Assembly: GCA_951406725.2 (NCBI GenBank)
Contig: OX597829.1
Coordinates: 8,742,001 to 8,806,000, forward strand
Origin: Octopus vulgaris
Lineage: Eukaryota
Direction of reading: 5' to 3'
Length of the DNA stretch: 64,000 bases
In this document: positions 41,736 to 53,784 of the stretch, piece by piece
Layout of the letters: each line of letters starts with the position of its first letter
How positions within the stretch are numbered: the stretch's first letter is position 1
Made by a program: the position numbers and the translations under genes
The notes under the pieces: model-generated
Told to the model about the DNA's origin: nothing
Databases searched by the model: none
What the model saw: the letters and a program-made list of their open reading frames with translations, nothing else

Positions 41736-41767
<32 letters not shown>

Positions 41768-41822
41768 CATTATTATTATTATCATTATTATCATTATTAT
41801 TATCATTATTATTATTATTATC
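41276..41822 (+). repeat. (ATT/ATC)n microsatellite with higher-order duplication
   Basis: The variant block ATCATTTTAATTATT recurs at ~41301 and ~41565. Confidence 0.9.
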
Positions 41823-41826
41823 GTTA

Positions 41827-42090
41827 AGGCGGAAAGTTGGCAGAATCGTTATCACACTGACCAAACTGCTTAGCAGTAGTTCGCCCGTCGCTACGTTCTG
41901 AGTTCAAATTCCGCCGAGGTCGACTTTGCACGATAAATTAAGTATCAGTGAAGCACTGGCGTTAATGCAATCGACTAGTTACCTCCCCTTTCATCCTTAA
42001 ATTAAGTACCAGCGGAACACTGGTCTCGATGTAATCGACTATCCACCTCCCCCAAAATTTCAGGCCTTGTGCCGATAGTAGAAAGGATTA
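41827..42090 (+). mobile_element. SINE family A
   Basis: AGGCGGAAAGTTGGCAGAATCGTT..TACGTTCTGAGTTCAAATTCCGCCGAGGTCGACTTTG. Confidence 0.85.
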
Positions 42091-42109
42091 TTTTTTTTTA
42101 CTTTTAATC

Positions 42110-42600
42110 TGCACTTTTATTACAATTACACGCCAAGTCACGCCCAGCATCCTAGGGCGAGTGAAGCCTGAAAGCTTGGGGATTGGAAGTGGCAGGGTCA
42201 GTAATTAAGATCTTTATGTAATAAAATAAATGGATAAGTTTTTTTTCTACGGAAGTAGGCAGTGCTTGTCAGCACAATCTTTTGGATTTTCTCTGAGACG
42301 TGGTTCTCCTGGGATGTTATCTAGATGTTTCTGACATCCCTTTATAATCATACTTAGGGCACCTACAATAATAAGAACAGTTCTCTCTTTAAGATGCCAC
42401 AGTTTTTCCATTTCAATTTCCAGGTCCTTATATTTACTTAATTTGTCAAATTCCTTACTGATATGTTTTTATCAATGGGAGCACTTTCATCTATTTAGTC
42501 TACAAGTATTTTCTTCCGAGTCTTTAATGACTATGTCAGGTCGATTAGCCTGGATCGTTCTGTCAGATTTGACTAGAATATTCAAGAGAAAAGTGACATT
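42110..42600 (-). mobile_element. R4/Dong-like LINE 3' fragment
   Basis: RTIQANRPDIVIK and KEFDKLSKYKDLEIEMEKLWHLKERTVLIIVGALSMI. Confidence 0.85.
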
Positions 42601-42604
42601 TTTA

Positions 42605-42882
42605 TGAGGTCATCTCATAAGTTCTGTCCGATTTTACCTTTTTTAAAAGGGTTATTTTAGAATGTCTAATGGTATTAAAAATTATTTTTGTGCATTAGTG
42701 TATATTTAAATTAATTAAAAATTATTTTACAGAATAACAGAATTAAAATTTCTTTCATTAAAATCCTTTCTAACATGGAAGTATCCAAAGAGCATTCAAG
42801 GCATATAATGCTTTATGAGTACAAAAAAGGAAACTCTCTGCAACCGAATCAACTAGAAACATACACTCCGTTTATGGGAAAT
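42605..42882 (+). mobile_element. 5' fragment of the same mariner family as 23245-24525
   Basis: TIR TGAGGTCATCTCATAAGTTCTGTCCGA and ORF start MEVSKEHSRHIMLYEYKKGNS; truncated at the TA tract before the PLE. Confidence 0.9.
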
Positions 42883-42966
42883 ATAGTATAAATATATATA
42901 TATATATACATACATACATACATATTTAATAGAGAATTACAAATACTAGAAGATAATATTTGGAAG

Positions 42967-45129
42967 GTGGTGAAAAACATTAAATTTCATAAATACCCAA
43001 ACAGAAATAATGAATATTTAAGAAATTTAGCAATTAGAATTAAAGAAATGAGAAATATTGATGGTATTATTGTACAATCTGATAAAACTAGGAATCTCTA
43101 TGAATTGGATGTTAAATTATATGATAACCTTTTAGAGAAAGAAATAATTAAAAAATATAAAATTGTTCCAGATAGTAAACTTTATAATATTAATAAGGCC
43201 TCTAAATTAGTAATGATAAACTATGAATTGGATAATAAAACTGAACCTTATGTACCCATGCACCCTAGAATTACTCTGAAAGACCATAAAGATAATTTTT
43301 ATTCAGACCCTAAAGTTAGATTAATTTGTCCATGTAAATCTGACCTTGGTAAATTGAGTAAACTTATTTTAGATAAATATATTAATAAATTAAATAAACT
43401 TAATTACTTAAAATTATGGTTTAGTAATGATAATACTTTGAAATGGTTTAATAATATTAAAGATAAAAATCGATATAAATTTATTCAAATAGATATAGAT
43501 AATTACTATTCTTCTATTAATGAAATTGTGCTTATTTTTGCAATGAATAAAGTGGGAATGACATTTGAAGAAGTTAATGTAATTAAAATGGCTAGGAAAT
43601 CGTTTATTAAATATAAAAATAAATTATGGGCTAGGAAAGATACTAGGGACTTTTTTGATATACCTATGGGAGCACCTGATTCTGCACAAGCTACGGATTT
43701 AGTAGGTATTTATCTTTTATCTGAACTCCAATTAGAAAATTTAAAAATAGAGGGTGGTTTATATAGGGATGACCTTCTACTAATTACTAAGAATTGCAGT
43801 AATAGGAACCTAGAAGTATATAAGAAAAAACTTTATAGTTTATTTAAAAGATATGGTTTAAGTATTACTATATATAATGAGAATTTTAATGTTAATTATT
43901 TAGATGTTAATTTTAATCTAATTACAGGTAAAACACAACCATATCATAAACTGAATGAGAACCTTAGATATATAAATGTTAATAGTAATCACCCACCATC
44001 AATTAAAAAATCGTTGATTAATAATATAAGTAAACGTATATCATTACTTTCTTATGATTTAGAGATTTTTAATAAACATGCTCCTTATTACAATGAGGCC
44101 CTTAGAGAGGCAGGTTATAATAGTAATATTAAATTTTTTATTAAAAATAAAGATATAACTAATAATATTAGAGATAAAAATATTAAAAGTAATCATAATA
44201 ATTTTGTTAGTAATAGTGGTAATAATATTAGAAATTATAAAAATAAAAATAATATAAATAAAATTAAGAATAAAAATAAAAATAAAATTAATAACTTTAA
44301 TGATTCTTTAAATGTTAATTATAAATTTAAATCTAATAATAATAATAATAATAATATGATAAAGAAATATAATAATAACAATAATAATGACAGATTTAAT
44401 AATAAGAAGGAAAATAAGAATAAAATTTGGTTAATAGTTCCTTATGGTGCTCAAGTTAAAACGAACATTATTAAAGAGATTTTAGATATTATTGAACTAT
44501 TTATTCGAGATAATCGTAAATATAAAAACATTTTCTCTAGTAATAATTTTGGAGTCGGTTATTCCACCACTAATAGTGTAGGTAACATTATTTCTTCTTT
44601 TAACAAATTTAAACTGAATAATTTTTATAAAAATAAATTATATAATAATATCAATAATAAAGATAAGACACTAATTAACTGTACATGTAGAGATAAAACT
44701 AAATGTAAATTAAATAATAAATGTGACATTAACGATGTAGTGTATAAACGTATAGTTACATTACATGGTAAGAATAATAAGAATAATAATAACTCAAACG
44801 CGATATATATAGGGTCCACTTCCTCTAAAATAAAATTAAGAATCGCACAACATATGAATTCATTTAAAAATAAAAACTTAATTAACTCCACTGGATTTAG
44901 TAAATACATTTGGGGACTTAAATCCCAAAATACTAATTATAATTTATCTTGGGAAATAATTAGTAAAACTAAATCATATAGTATAGGAGCGAATTTTTGT
45001 TATTTATGTTCTAATGAGTTTAAGGAAATTTCATTTTATAAGCATGATAATTTACTGAATATCTGTGATGAGCGCAAAATAAAATGCAGACACAAGTTAC
45101 TTTACTTATATAATAAATTTATTGATTAA
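42967..45129 (+). CDS. PLE polyprotein: reverse transcriptase + C-terminal GIY-YIG endonuclease (possibly Hydra clade)
   Basis: 720 codons without a stop; the frame is open from ~42925 (FNRELQILEDNIWK). Motifs: SDKTRNLY, ITLKDHKDNF..RLICP, FIQIDIDNYYSSI, PMGAPDS, GLYRDD, NYLDV, YINVNSNHPP, CTC..C..C, VVY..IYIGST..RIAQH, CYLC..E..LLN..CRH. Confidence 0.9.
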   Translation: MVKNIKFHKYPNRNNEYLRNLAIRIKEMRNIDGIIVQSDKTRNLYELDVKLYDNLLEKEIIKKYKIVPDSKLYNINKASKLVMINYELDNKTEPYVPMHPRITLKDHKDNFYSDPKVRLICPCKSDLGKLSKLILDKYINKLNKLNYLKLWFSNDNTLKWFNNIKDKNRYKFIQIDIDNYYSSINEIVLIFAMNKVGMTFEEVNVIKMARKSFIKYKNKLWARKDTRDFFDIPMGAPDSAQATDLVGIYLLSELQLENLKIEGGLYRDDLLLITKNCSNRNLEVYKKKLYSLFKRYGLSITIYNENFNVNYLDVNFNLITGKTQPYHKLNENLRYINVNSNHPPSIKKSLINNISKRISLLSYDLEIFNKHAPYYNEALREAGYNSNIKFFIKNKDITNNIRDKNIKSNHNNFVSNSGNNIRNYKNKNNINKIKNKNKNKINNFNDSLNVNYKFKSNNNNNNNMIKKYNNNNNNDRFNNKKENKNKIWLIVPYGAQVKTNIIKEILDIIELFIRDNRKYKNIFSSNNFGVGYSTTNSVGNIISSFNKFKLNNFYKNKLYNNINNKDKTLINCTCRDKTKCKLNNKCDINDVVYKRIVTLHGKNNKNNNNSNAIYIGSTSSKIKLRIAQHMNSFKNKNLINSTGFSKYIWGLKSQNTNYNLSWEIISKTKSYSIGANFCYLCSNEFKEISFYKHDNLLNICDERKIKCRHKLLYLYNKFID

Positions 45130-47341
45130 TAATGAATATTTCTTAGCATTAATTAGCTCCCTATTTGTTGTTTTATGTAATAGTATTCTAAATATAGCAG
45201 GTGATTTGTAGTACTTATTATATTAGTCTATTTTAGTTATTTAGGTTCCGTTTTTAATTAAAGTTAGATTATATATAGTTGTCCATTTTATTACTAAATA
45301 TTTTATTGCTAAATATATTTTTAATAAATATTTAATGGTTTATTGAATATAGAGTCTGGTAAGTTACAATTTTATTTATTTTATATATTTTGTTATATTT
45401 CTGCTATAACTTCGTTAAATTATAATTTTTGTTATATTAATCTATTTGTATGTAATTTCTTTATATTTGAAATAGTTTTATTTAGTTGTTTATTTAATCT
45501 ATTTTATTTAATATAGAAGTATAGATTAGTAGATTAATTATTTAGATTTAACTTAATATTTACCTCTATTTTGTATTGTAGTATGATTATAGACAGTTAT
45601 ATATGTATTTATTATATGATATATGTGGTTGTGTGGATATGTATATATGTATATATGATGATGTGTGTGTATATATATGTATATTTATATACATTTATTT
45701 ATGTGTATGTGTGTGGGTGTGTATATATAGGTGTAAGTGTATATATTGAGTATTGTATGTACATGTATGTATGAGTGTGCATATGTGTAAGTGTGTGTAT
45801 ATATGTGTGTATATATGTATATGTATGTATGTGTGTATGTATGTGTATATGTGTATGTATATGTATACGTATGTATATATATATATGTATATATATGTAT
45901 ATGTATGTATATTTTTTTAATATATTTATGTATAGAATGTATAGTTATACTACAAATTTTGATAAGTATTTATAGGTTTTGTTATGATCACTAATTTTAG
46001 CTTATAATTATAAGGGCATGGGAAAGACTTTATAGTATGTTGAGAGGTTACTATATGAATAAATTTTTATATATATTTATTAATCTTATAAGCTTTTTAG
46101 AATATATTTAATAATTAGTGGTTTTTAATCATTTAAATCATTTAATTTATTTTGTATTAAGTTTCATTTATCATAGTTATTTTATTAATAAATATTATAG
46201 TATAGAGAGATGTTTTCTTTATTTGTGAATTCATTCTATTTACAATGATAAACAAATAATTTTCCCATTCACAATCATTAATAAAACGTAGGTTCCTCTC
46301 GCGTAATGAATTCTTCAACAATTTATTCTTTTTTTTTTGCTAATAACGTAATTCTACGAGTATTCTTATAAACGCTGTAAAGACGTTTTCCGATTCAAAA
46401 TTTTAGTTCATTGCTAAACTTCGCTAAGATAAGTATGTATTTATTTAAGATCTTCAAATTGTAAATTTCAATATTGTATAAATCTTTGGAGTAATAATAT
46501 TCTCCTTATGTAAATATCGTTGTTTATGTAATGATCTAATTATCGTAATTTTTTATATTATTAGATATTAAATTTAAGTTTATTCGTAAGATGCTACTTA
46601 GCGATAGATTTGTTATTTGATAGCAAGCATACGAGGTGTATTAAGTTAGGCTTTTGTATATACATGTTTTAATAGTATTAATTGTAGTTTTAAATTTATA
46701 ATTAAATTAGATAAACTTTGATAAACTTAGATATGTTTCGACTAAAGATTGGTCAAGGCCATGTCTAATTTAATAGCATAACTTAGTTATTTCTTTAAAT
46801 TTATATTTGCTAATTATTCCCATTGATATTTATATTTATAGTATTTATAGTATTTATTCGATACTATATTACTACGAATTGATTATTTCTAAAAGTATTT
46901 TACATAAGATTTCCGAAAGTTCGTTTAAGTTTGTTTATTTGTATTTTGAAATTAGCTATTTCATCTTTAAATATGAAAAATTAAATTTATTAGGTTTTTA
47001 TTATATGTGCATATACATTTATTTATAGAGATTATTTTAGATCTTAATTATAATATTTATATACATTTATATATTTTCATTGATAATTTATATATATTAG
47101 TCATTTTTAAATATTTATGTAATTAGATATAGACTAATACCGATATTAGATTATGGGTTGGTTTCCTACCTTATAAATTAAAATTAATATTTAACATTAT
47201 AGTCGATTTTGATATAATCATAATTGTTTAGTTCTATGTTTCTAGTTTGATAATAGAGTTTATTATAAGTAAAATTATTATATTATTTATATCTTAAAAA
47301 TATTGTTTAAATATTTCTGATTATATTTTAGATATTTCAAT

Positions 47342-47410
47342 CACCTGAAGATTGACTGTAACCATAACTCGAATTATTACAAATTGGACAGCCATGAAAC
47401 GACCATAGTG
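47342..47410 (+). ncRNA. Degenerate type-I hammerhead-like motif at the PLE 3' end
   Basis: CAC-CTGAAGA-tTGaCTGT..ACAGcCAt-GAAA-CGACCA-TA-GTG: intact core boxes, imperfect stems. Confidence 0.45.
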
Positions 47411-47567
47411 TTTTACTCATTATCTTTTATTAAACTTTTAATAATTTTGATATATATTTAAAATAATATAAATTAATTAATTATATGTATTGGCTTAAGT
47501 TTTTCATTGTTTGATTTGCCTAATAGTGGTTTTATCTCTAATTTAATATAATATATATATATATATA

Positions 47568-47762
47568 TGGGAGAAAATTCACAAAAAAATAAAACTAAAG
47601 AGGAAGACAGGTGGTGTAAACAACAAACAGATGTATTAGTATAACGCCCGGGAATTGAAAAGTCTTTAACATTTCGAGCCTACGCTCTTCCAGAGAAAGG
47701 AGAACAGAAATTTAAAAAGAGGAGAGAAAATAAAGAATGTATAGTGACTAGCGATCTATCAT
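47568..47762 (-). repeat. Second copy of the short HHR-like repeat, flanked by (TA)n on both sides
   Basis: Minus strand CTTT-CTCTGGAA-GAGC(GTAG)GCTC-GAAA-TG-TT-AAAG (47699-47664). Confidence 0.7.
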
Positions 47763-47784
47763 ATATATATATATATATATATAT

Positions 47785-48010
47785 TACTCTTTTTACTCTT
47801 TTACTCTTTTACTTGTTTCAGTCATTTGACTGCGGCCATGCTGGAGCACCGCCTTTAGTCGAGCAAATCGACCCCGGGACTTATTCTTTATAAGCCCAGT
47901 ACTTATTCTATCGGTCTCTTTTGCCGAACCGCTAAGTGACGGGGATGTAAACACACCAGCATCGGTTGTCAAGCAATGCTAGGGGGACAAACACAGACAC
48001 ACAAACACAT

Positions 48011-48051
<41 letters not shown>

Positions 48052-48215
48052 CATACGACAGGCTTCTTTCAGTTTCCGTCTACTAAATCCACTCACAAGG
48101 CATTGGTCGGCCTGGGGCTATAGCAGAAGACACTTGCCCAAGATGCCACGCAGTGGACTGAACCCGGAACCATGTGGTTGGTTAGCAAGCTACTTACCAC
48201 ACAGCCACTCCTGCG

Positions 48216-48216
<1 letters not shown>
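47785..48216 (-). mobile_element. tRNA-derived SINE (family B) with internal (TA)/(TG) microsatellite and (GTAAAAGA)n tail
   Basis: A box TGGCTGTGTGG, B-box-like GGTTCAGTCC; closely similar to 54994-55448. Confidence 0.9.
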
Positions 48217-48270
<54 letters not shown>

Positions 48271-48294
48271 TATATATGCATAATCTGACACATA

Positions 48295-48600
48295 CCGATG
48301 TTTTGAGACTTCCTCAGGAGAGATATTTATTAATTTGAAAGTACAGATACTTTCTTCTCCTTCAAAGTAAGGTCTTCTGATACCACTGCACTTGCAGCTT
48401 CTTCGTAAATGCGTTCTGGAAGTCCTCCAAAGTGAAGGTGGCTATGCACCCTCTATCTTCTCAATGTTTTCAAATAGATTTCTTCCGAGTTCCTCCTTCG
48501 GCTTTGGTATCAACCATAAGTCACAGAGACTGTAGTGAGCAGGAGGAACAGTTTTGATGCTCATCTTTATCAAGTAGTTGGTTACCAGAATGGTCGTCTC
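48295..48600 (-). mobile_element. Mariner-like transposase 3' remnant
   Basis: IKTVPPAHYSLCDLWLIPKPK, a decayed HPPYSPDLAPCDFWLFPKLK. Confidence 0.55.
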
Positions 48601-49029
48601 TGAGCACCATGGTAAAAAATTTTGCAGAAATTTGTGAATGATTATGTGTACTATTATCATATCAAATGCAAACTGTAAGTATATTGTCTACTTTGAAAGT
48701 CGACGGTTTTAATCAGAAGTTTCTCAACCAGCTCTGATTTTCAGACATCACTCACCTTCTCACATTTCTCATTATTTTACTCCCCTTTCTATTGTCCTTT
48801 AAACTCTTGTAGCAACGACAGAGGTTAATCCATAAAGAGGTCTGGAGCATTTTATAAGTTTCTATGGCTGTCAGTGATGACAACAATAACTACTATTTCT
48901 ACATCCACAGAGACAACAGCAACAACAACAACAACAATGACAGCTACAGTGACAACAACAGCAGCAACAATAGTATCAATGACGCTAGCAGAAAGAACCA
49001 GAAGAGTAAACATTGAGTCTACGTGAAGG

Positions 49030-49500
49030 TTATGTATCATCGAGGGCAAAGAATAATTTTTTTTAAATGCATCAAGAGATCTCCCCGATCCACTGCATCC
49101 CACTTCCTTTCAGAAATACAAGATGGGCCATATGCTCAGACACTACCTTTCACACACCAATAATACAACGGACGCATGCTACATAAACCACTGCGCAGTC
49201 AGAACAATACATCTAACGGGCAGCGTCCGGCTGTTTTAAACCCAGAGCAGTGTACCAAATGATGTTCTATTGTGGAGCGACATATATAGGATCGACCAGA
49301 AGACAGTTTTTACCTTAGGTTGAAGGAACATTTCCACAAGGCCACATAAACCAGCGCCGTGTCCAACACTACCAACAAAGTGGTGGAGATTTCTCCACCC
49401 AGACACCGGCGAGGGGTATGATGCAGTTGACCTCAGGGTCACAGAAGCGCAGTTTATTAGGAAGGAGACACCTATACTGAACCGCTGTAATGAGTTGGAT
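49030..49500 (-). mobile_element. CR1-like LINE 3' relic
   Basis: GRSLDAFKK-like C-terminal motif; otherwise heavily decayed. Confidence 0.4.
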
Positions 49501-49514
49501 GTGTGAAAATATAT

Positions 49515-50030
49515 ACAGGGTGCGATGCGTAAGTTGTCACCATTTCATATCTTTAATTTCGTGCATCTGAAATGCTGTACTGCTTTGCATTCATTTTGGA
49601 AGCTCCAATACGAACAGATGGTGAACACACAGAACAATCGTTGGCTTTCCGTGTCCCCAAAACATGTACCAAGGATGATAAAAATCAAACATCCAGTCAA
49701 CATCATGGTTTTTGGAATGATCACTAGTGATGGCGACATTATACCTCCATTAATCTTCCCACGCGGCCTCAGGCTCAACACAGAGGTCTACATCATGAGC
49801 CTGGAAGACGTAGTGCTGCCCTGAGTCAAGACGGTGGAGCTGAAAGATTCCTATGTCTCGCAACAGCACTCTGCACCATGCTACAAAAGCCGGAGAATCC
49901 CAGTCATGGCCGTCAGAAAATTTTTGCGATCACATCACCTCTAACATCTTGTCACTTAACTCCCCAGACTGCAACCCCCTTGATTATTGTGTGGTGGGTG
50001 GACTTGTGCGAGAGACCAAGAAAACTTCTT
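49515..50030 (+). mobile_element. Internally deleted maT/DD37D-type transposon
   Basis: TA|CAGGGTGCG terminus; NTQNNRWL..KHPVNIMVFGMITSDG, QQHSAPC and NSPDCNPLDY. Confidence 0.8.
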
Positions 50031-50299
50031 GGCAGACAGACGGAGACAGAGGCAAACAAAAACATACACACAAATACATATGTACATAAAGAAAGAGGAC
50101 GAGAAAAGAAGAAAAGTGAAACAATACAATAATATTTTTTGAAAATCAGAGTACTTGGTGTGTTTTTAAACTCTCCTCGCGATATTCAAATCATTTTCTT
50201 ATGGCTACGTCAATGATCTGACAGTATTTCTCTTTCTTGCCCAATATGGCCATCTCCAGTCGGCTATGCTCAATTACTCTATCTGACTGAAAATCATAA

Positions 50300-51830
50300 A
50301 CCCAGAATATCATTGCTTTCTCATTCTTCTGCTTTACATTAATAGGCACATGCTCCTAAGAAATCGATTACTTTTAATTGGTATTTACAACATAAAATCC
50401 AATGTAGTTACAAACAAACTTTAATGGCACTTGTATTTCTTTCTTTTTCTTTTTTTGCGCCATGATTTCACATCCACCTACTAAGTGGATGCATTTTTAC
50501 AGAGTCTGCATTTCTAAGTGTTAGTAGTTTTGTGGAAGTTATACTTAACCGAATTGGTAGAAAGAGCTTGATTTTGTAATTCACTTTCAGTGGTACGATT
50601 CAAATTGCGTTGATTAAGCCATGTTCATAATGTTTTTGTTTCTTTGATATCCTGTAATTTCTTTCAAACTGACCATCCATTCTTATTTCCAGATATTTTC
50701 TTTTTCCTTCAAATCTTTGACTCAACTCTTCCTTACAAACATTTCGCCTGACATTACGTTCTGATTTCAAATTCCGCCGAGGTCCTTTCGAGGTCCGCCA
50801 TTTATCCTTTCGAGGTCGATAAAATTAACCATTTCATCTACATTTAATTCTATATCTTCTGGTGCGTCTTGCAGCGACTTTTGTCACCGTTTATCAATTA
50901 TTCTGGAAGCGTTCGCCTTTCACTCTTTATACAATAATCCACACGAGGAGAACTCTACCATCAAGATTTCTCTTCATGTACAACATATTTATAGTTTTTA
51001 AATCTCCGTAGATTAACTTTCCCGTTTTTCTATCCACCTTTGATTTACCTTCTTCAGTCCACTTGCAAATGGACGTGATGTATGTAACCACTGCAACTAC
51101 CCGGATATTCATTGCAGTGACTAGATTTCTCGTATTCAGGTTGGATTTTAGAATCATTTTTACTCTTTATAGATATGTTTCACTAACTTTTTCTTTTATT
51201 TCTGCATGTAAATTATCATCTGTACTTGTATCCACTATCTTCAGGTTTCTCTGTGGTTTCTTCCGATGACAGCCACAATCTACTAGTGGCTGCTTTATTC
51301 CATCTTTTCATATTGGGCATGGAGTATTTGGAAACCCAAAATCCATACCGATGTTACTGCTATATATCTGAAAAATTTTAACGAAAGAATTTATCTGATA
51401 CTTAGTCTTCCAAAACAGTTTCATCTATAAACAGTAAATAGATGGCTTATGAATGGGCCCTTTTTTTCCGCATTGGTAACCCATTTTAACTTTCCAGTGT
51501 TATAGGTATGAGAGTAATGGTGAAAATGATTCACCTTAGAAGATACTTCTTTTAATTTCTAATTCTGCAAGAAATACATTGCTCGAGTATAAATTGCTCT
51601 TCCACTCCACCATAATATTCAGAAGATGTGATGTCAGTAATACCAAACATCTACAAGTATTCAATAATTCAAGAATGAGGCATCATATCATATGCCCGCT
51701 TAAGGTCAATCTGCGCTATAGATATGCATGATGTTTTTGTCAGTGCCTCAAAACTGTTTTGATACCATTCATTTTGTTTCCTTAGTGATATTCCTTCCCG
51801 TGAAAGAAAAGTATTATTTATATTATTATT
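50300..51830 (-). mobile_element. Old R4/Dong-like LINE RT fragment containing a partial SINE (50740-50825)
   Basis: IDLKRAYDMMPHS, FIDETV (FMDD-like) and ILKSNLNTRNLVTAMN..LYMKRNLDGRVL. Confidence 0.7.
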
Positions 51831-51834
51831 CAGT

Positions 51835-53100
51835 AGTCTTCTTTCGATCACGTGTTTTCACTGCACTACCGAACGCAGCTTTGTCTGCCTTGGGTATGTG
51901 CTGTTGTTTGTTGTGGTTCTCGTATTTTCACCTTATTGAAAGTGTTCTATGTGGATGTGTTTGGTGCCAAGTAGTACGGTTTTTTGTTTGTTATACTTGT
52001 TTTTGTTACATATTTCTCTGAATATTTTTTATCATACCTAATGCGCCGGATATTCTGCTTTTAGGCTCCCATTGGAGTTTCCTTTATTTCTAGGTCTTTG
52101 TATTTTGAAGGTTTCTCCACTTCTGTTGTTATTGATACATCGATTAGAAAGCATTTTTGTTCATGATCTCTGACAACTATATCCGGAATATTGGCCTTAA
52201 TTTCTCTATCTGTGTGTATTGGCATATCCCATAAGTATGGTTGCTTTCTCATTTTCTGTGACCTTTTCTGGTGTGTGCTTATACCATCATTTTTCTGCTG
52301 CTATTCCATACTGTCGGCATCGCTTCCAGTCTATATAGGTCCCAAATCTGTCGTATCTGTGAATACATTCTTTCTTAGTCTGGACTGGGCAGCCAGTGAC
52401 AATATAATTTATTGTTTCTTCTCCATTTCCGCATATTCTGCAGTTACTTGTATTTATTTTCATTGCGTGGTTTTGGTGATTTCTTGTGGGAAGCCTTTGA
52501 TCTTGTGCTGCAATTAAAAAAAAACTTCAGTCTCTGCTTTGAGTCCTGAGCTGCTGTTGGAATTTTATTTTGCCTATTTCTTTTCTGTTTAGCTTAACCC
52601 AATATTTGTCATAAAGGGGCTTATCATGTTTCGTTGCTGTTCCAGTTTTAGTTTGGATTTCAGTTACTTTATAGCTTTCGTTGTTTCTTCTTTTTCATCA
52701 TAGTTGTTAGGTACTATGACTTCTTTTTCGTATATGTCAACTTCCTTTTAGACAGAAAAACGTTTTTTGTATTGTTCGCGCTTTGCGGCTATTTGTATTA
52801 GTTTTCCTTCTTTCTGAATCAGGTACTTCTGTAGTCCTATGGTGGTTATTTTATAATAGTTTTCCATCTGTATATGGCCTCTACCACATTCTATACGTTG
52901 TATATGTCAGATTTCTATGTCAGATTTTGGGTAGTGCATCCTAGATCCTGTCATTACTTTTGTTTTCCTATCTATTTTGGTCAGTTCACTTAGTGTCCAG
53001 TTAAGGATATTGTAGCTGTGACTTATAACTGGGACAGCTAGAATGTTGATACCTATTATCTTGTTTTTAGCATTGAGCTCTGTTTTTAGTTTTAATCTAC
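51835..53100 (-). mobile_element. R4/Dong-like LINE 3' 1.3 kb
   Basis: LKTELNAKNKIIGINILAVPVISYS, MHYPKSDI..GRG, LKAETE and LWDMPIHTDREIKANIPDI. Confidence 0.9.
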
Positions 53101-53192
53101 TGAGGTTTGCTTATACCATGTCTTTGTTCTTTGTAGGACGTGATTTCCACAGAACTCCTAATTAATCATTCTTGCTACATTGTCGTGTCGAC

Positions 53193-53227
<35 letters not shown>

Positions 53228-53289
53228 TATTATTATTATTATTATTACTATTATTATTATTATTATTATTATTATTTTTTTTTTTTTCT

Positions 53290-53711
53290 TCTTTCAAATT
53301 TGCTTCCATTTCCTGCCGAGTGTCTTCCCGACTCCTAGGGCAAAGAAACTCATAGTATACATTGGTAGGCCATTAAACCAAACTCAGTAGTTCGTTCATT
53401 TTTTTTTTTTTTTTTTTAAGTTAAATTAAAATACATGAGCAGCAACAGTTCTCACATCGACAATGCTCTTCTCAATACGTGTGATGTACCAGTTAAGACA
53501 ATCTTTTGCACTTCTTGCAGGGATGGTAAGCCAGGGATCATTCTCATATAATTTTCGGTTCCCTTCTTGATCATTCCTAGTGCTCCTACGATCACTGGTA
53601 TTGTAACCGCCTTGAGATGCCACATTTTCTCAATTTCAATGAGTAGGTCTTTATATTTTCTGAGCTTGTCAAACTCTTTCGCTGAGATATTATGATCACA
53701 GGGGATGCTCA

Positions 53712-53712
<1 letters not shown>
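53290..53712 (-). mobile_element. Young R4/Dong-like 3' end between (TAA)n tracts
   Basis: MSIPCDHNISAKEFDKLRKYKDLLIEIEKMWHLKAVTIPVIVGALG..LRRALSM*. Confidence 0.9.
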
Positions 53713-53757
<45 letters not shown>

Positions 53758-53784
53758 GTTATTATTATTATTATTATTATTATT

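Larger units (their letters stand above)
42925..47546 (+). mobile_element. AT-rich Penelope-like element, slightly 5'-truncated, with a ~2.4-kb 3' region, between (TA)n tracts
   Basis: The ORF below, then a long AT-rich region with an HHR-like motif near its end. TA microsatellites at 42884-42925 and 47547-47567. The 3' limit is inferred. Confidence 0.7.

Noticed and set aside
42967-45129. Selenocysteine-encoding (Naiad-type) PLE, or organellar/contaminant DNA given the AT content
   Set aside because: No in-frame TGA, the nuclease is C-terminal, and the ORF reads in the standard code with PLE motifs and microsatellite junctions to host repeats.
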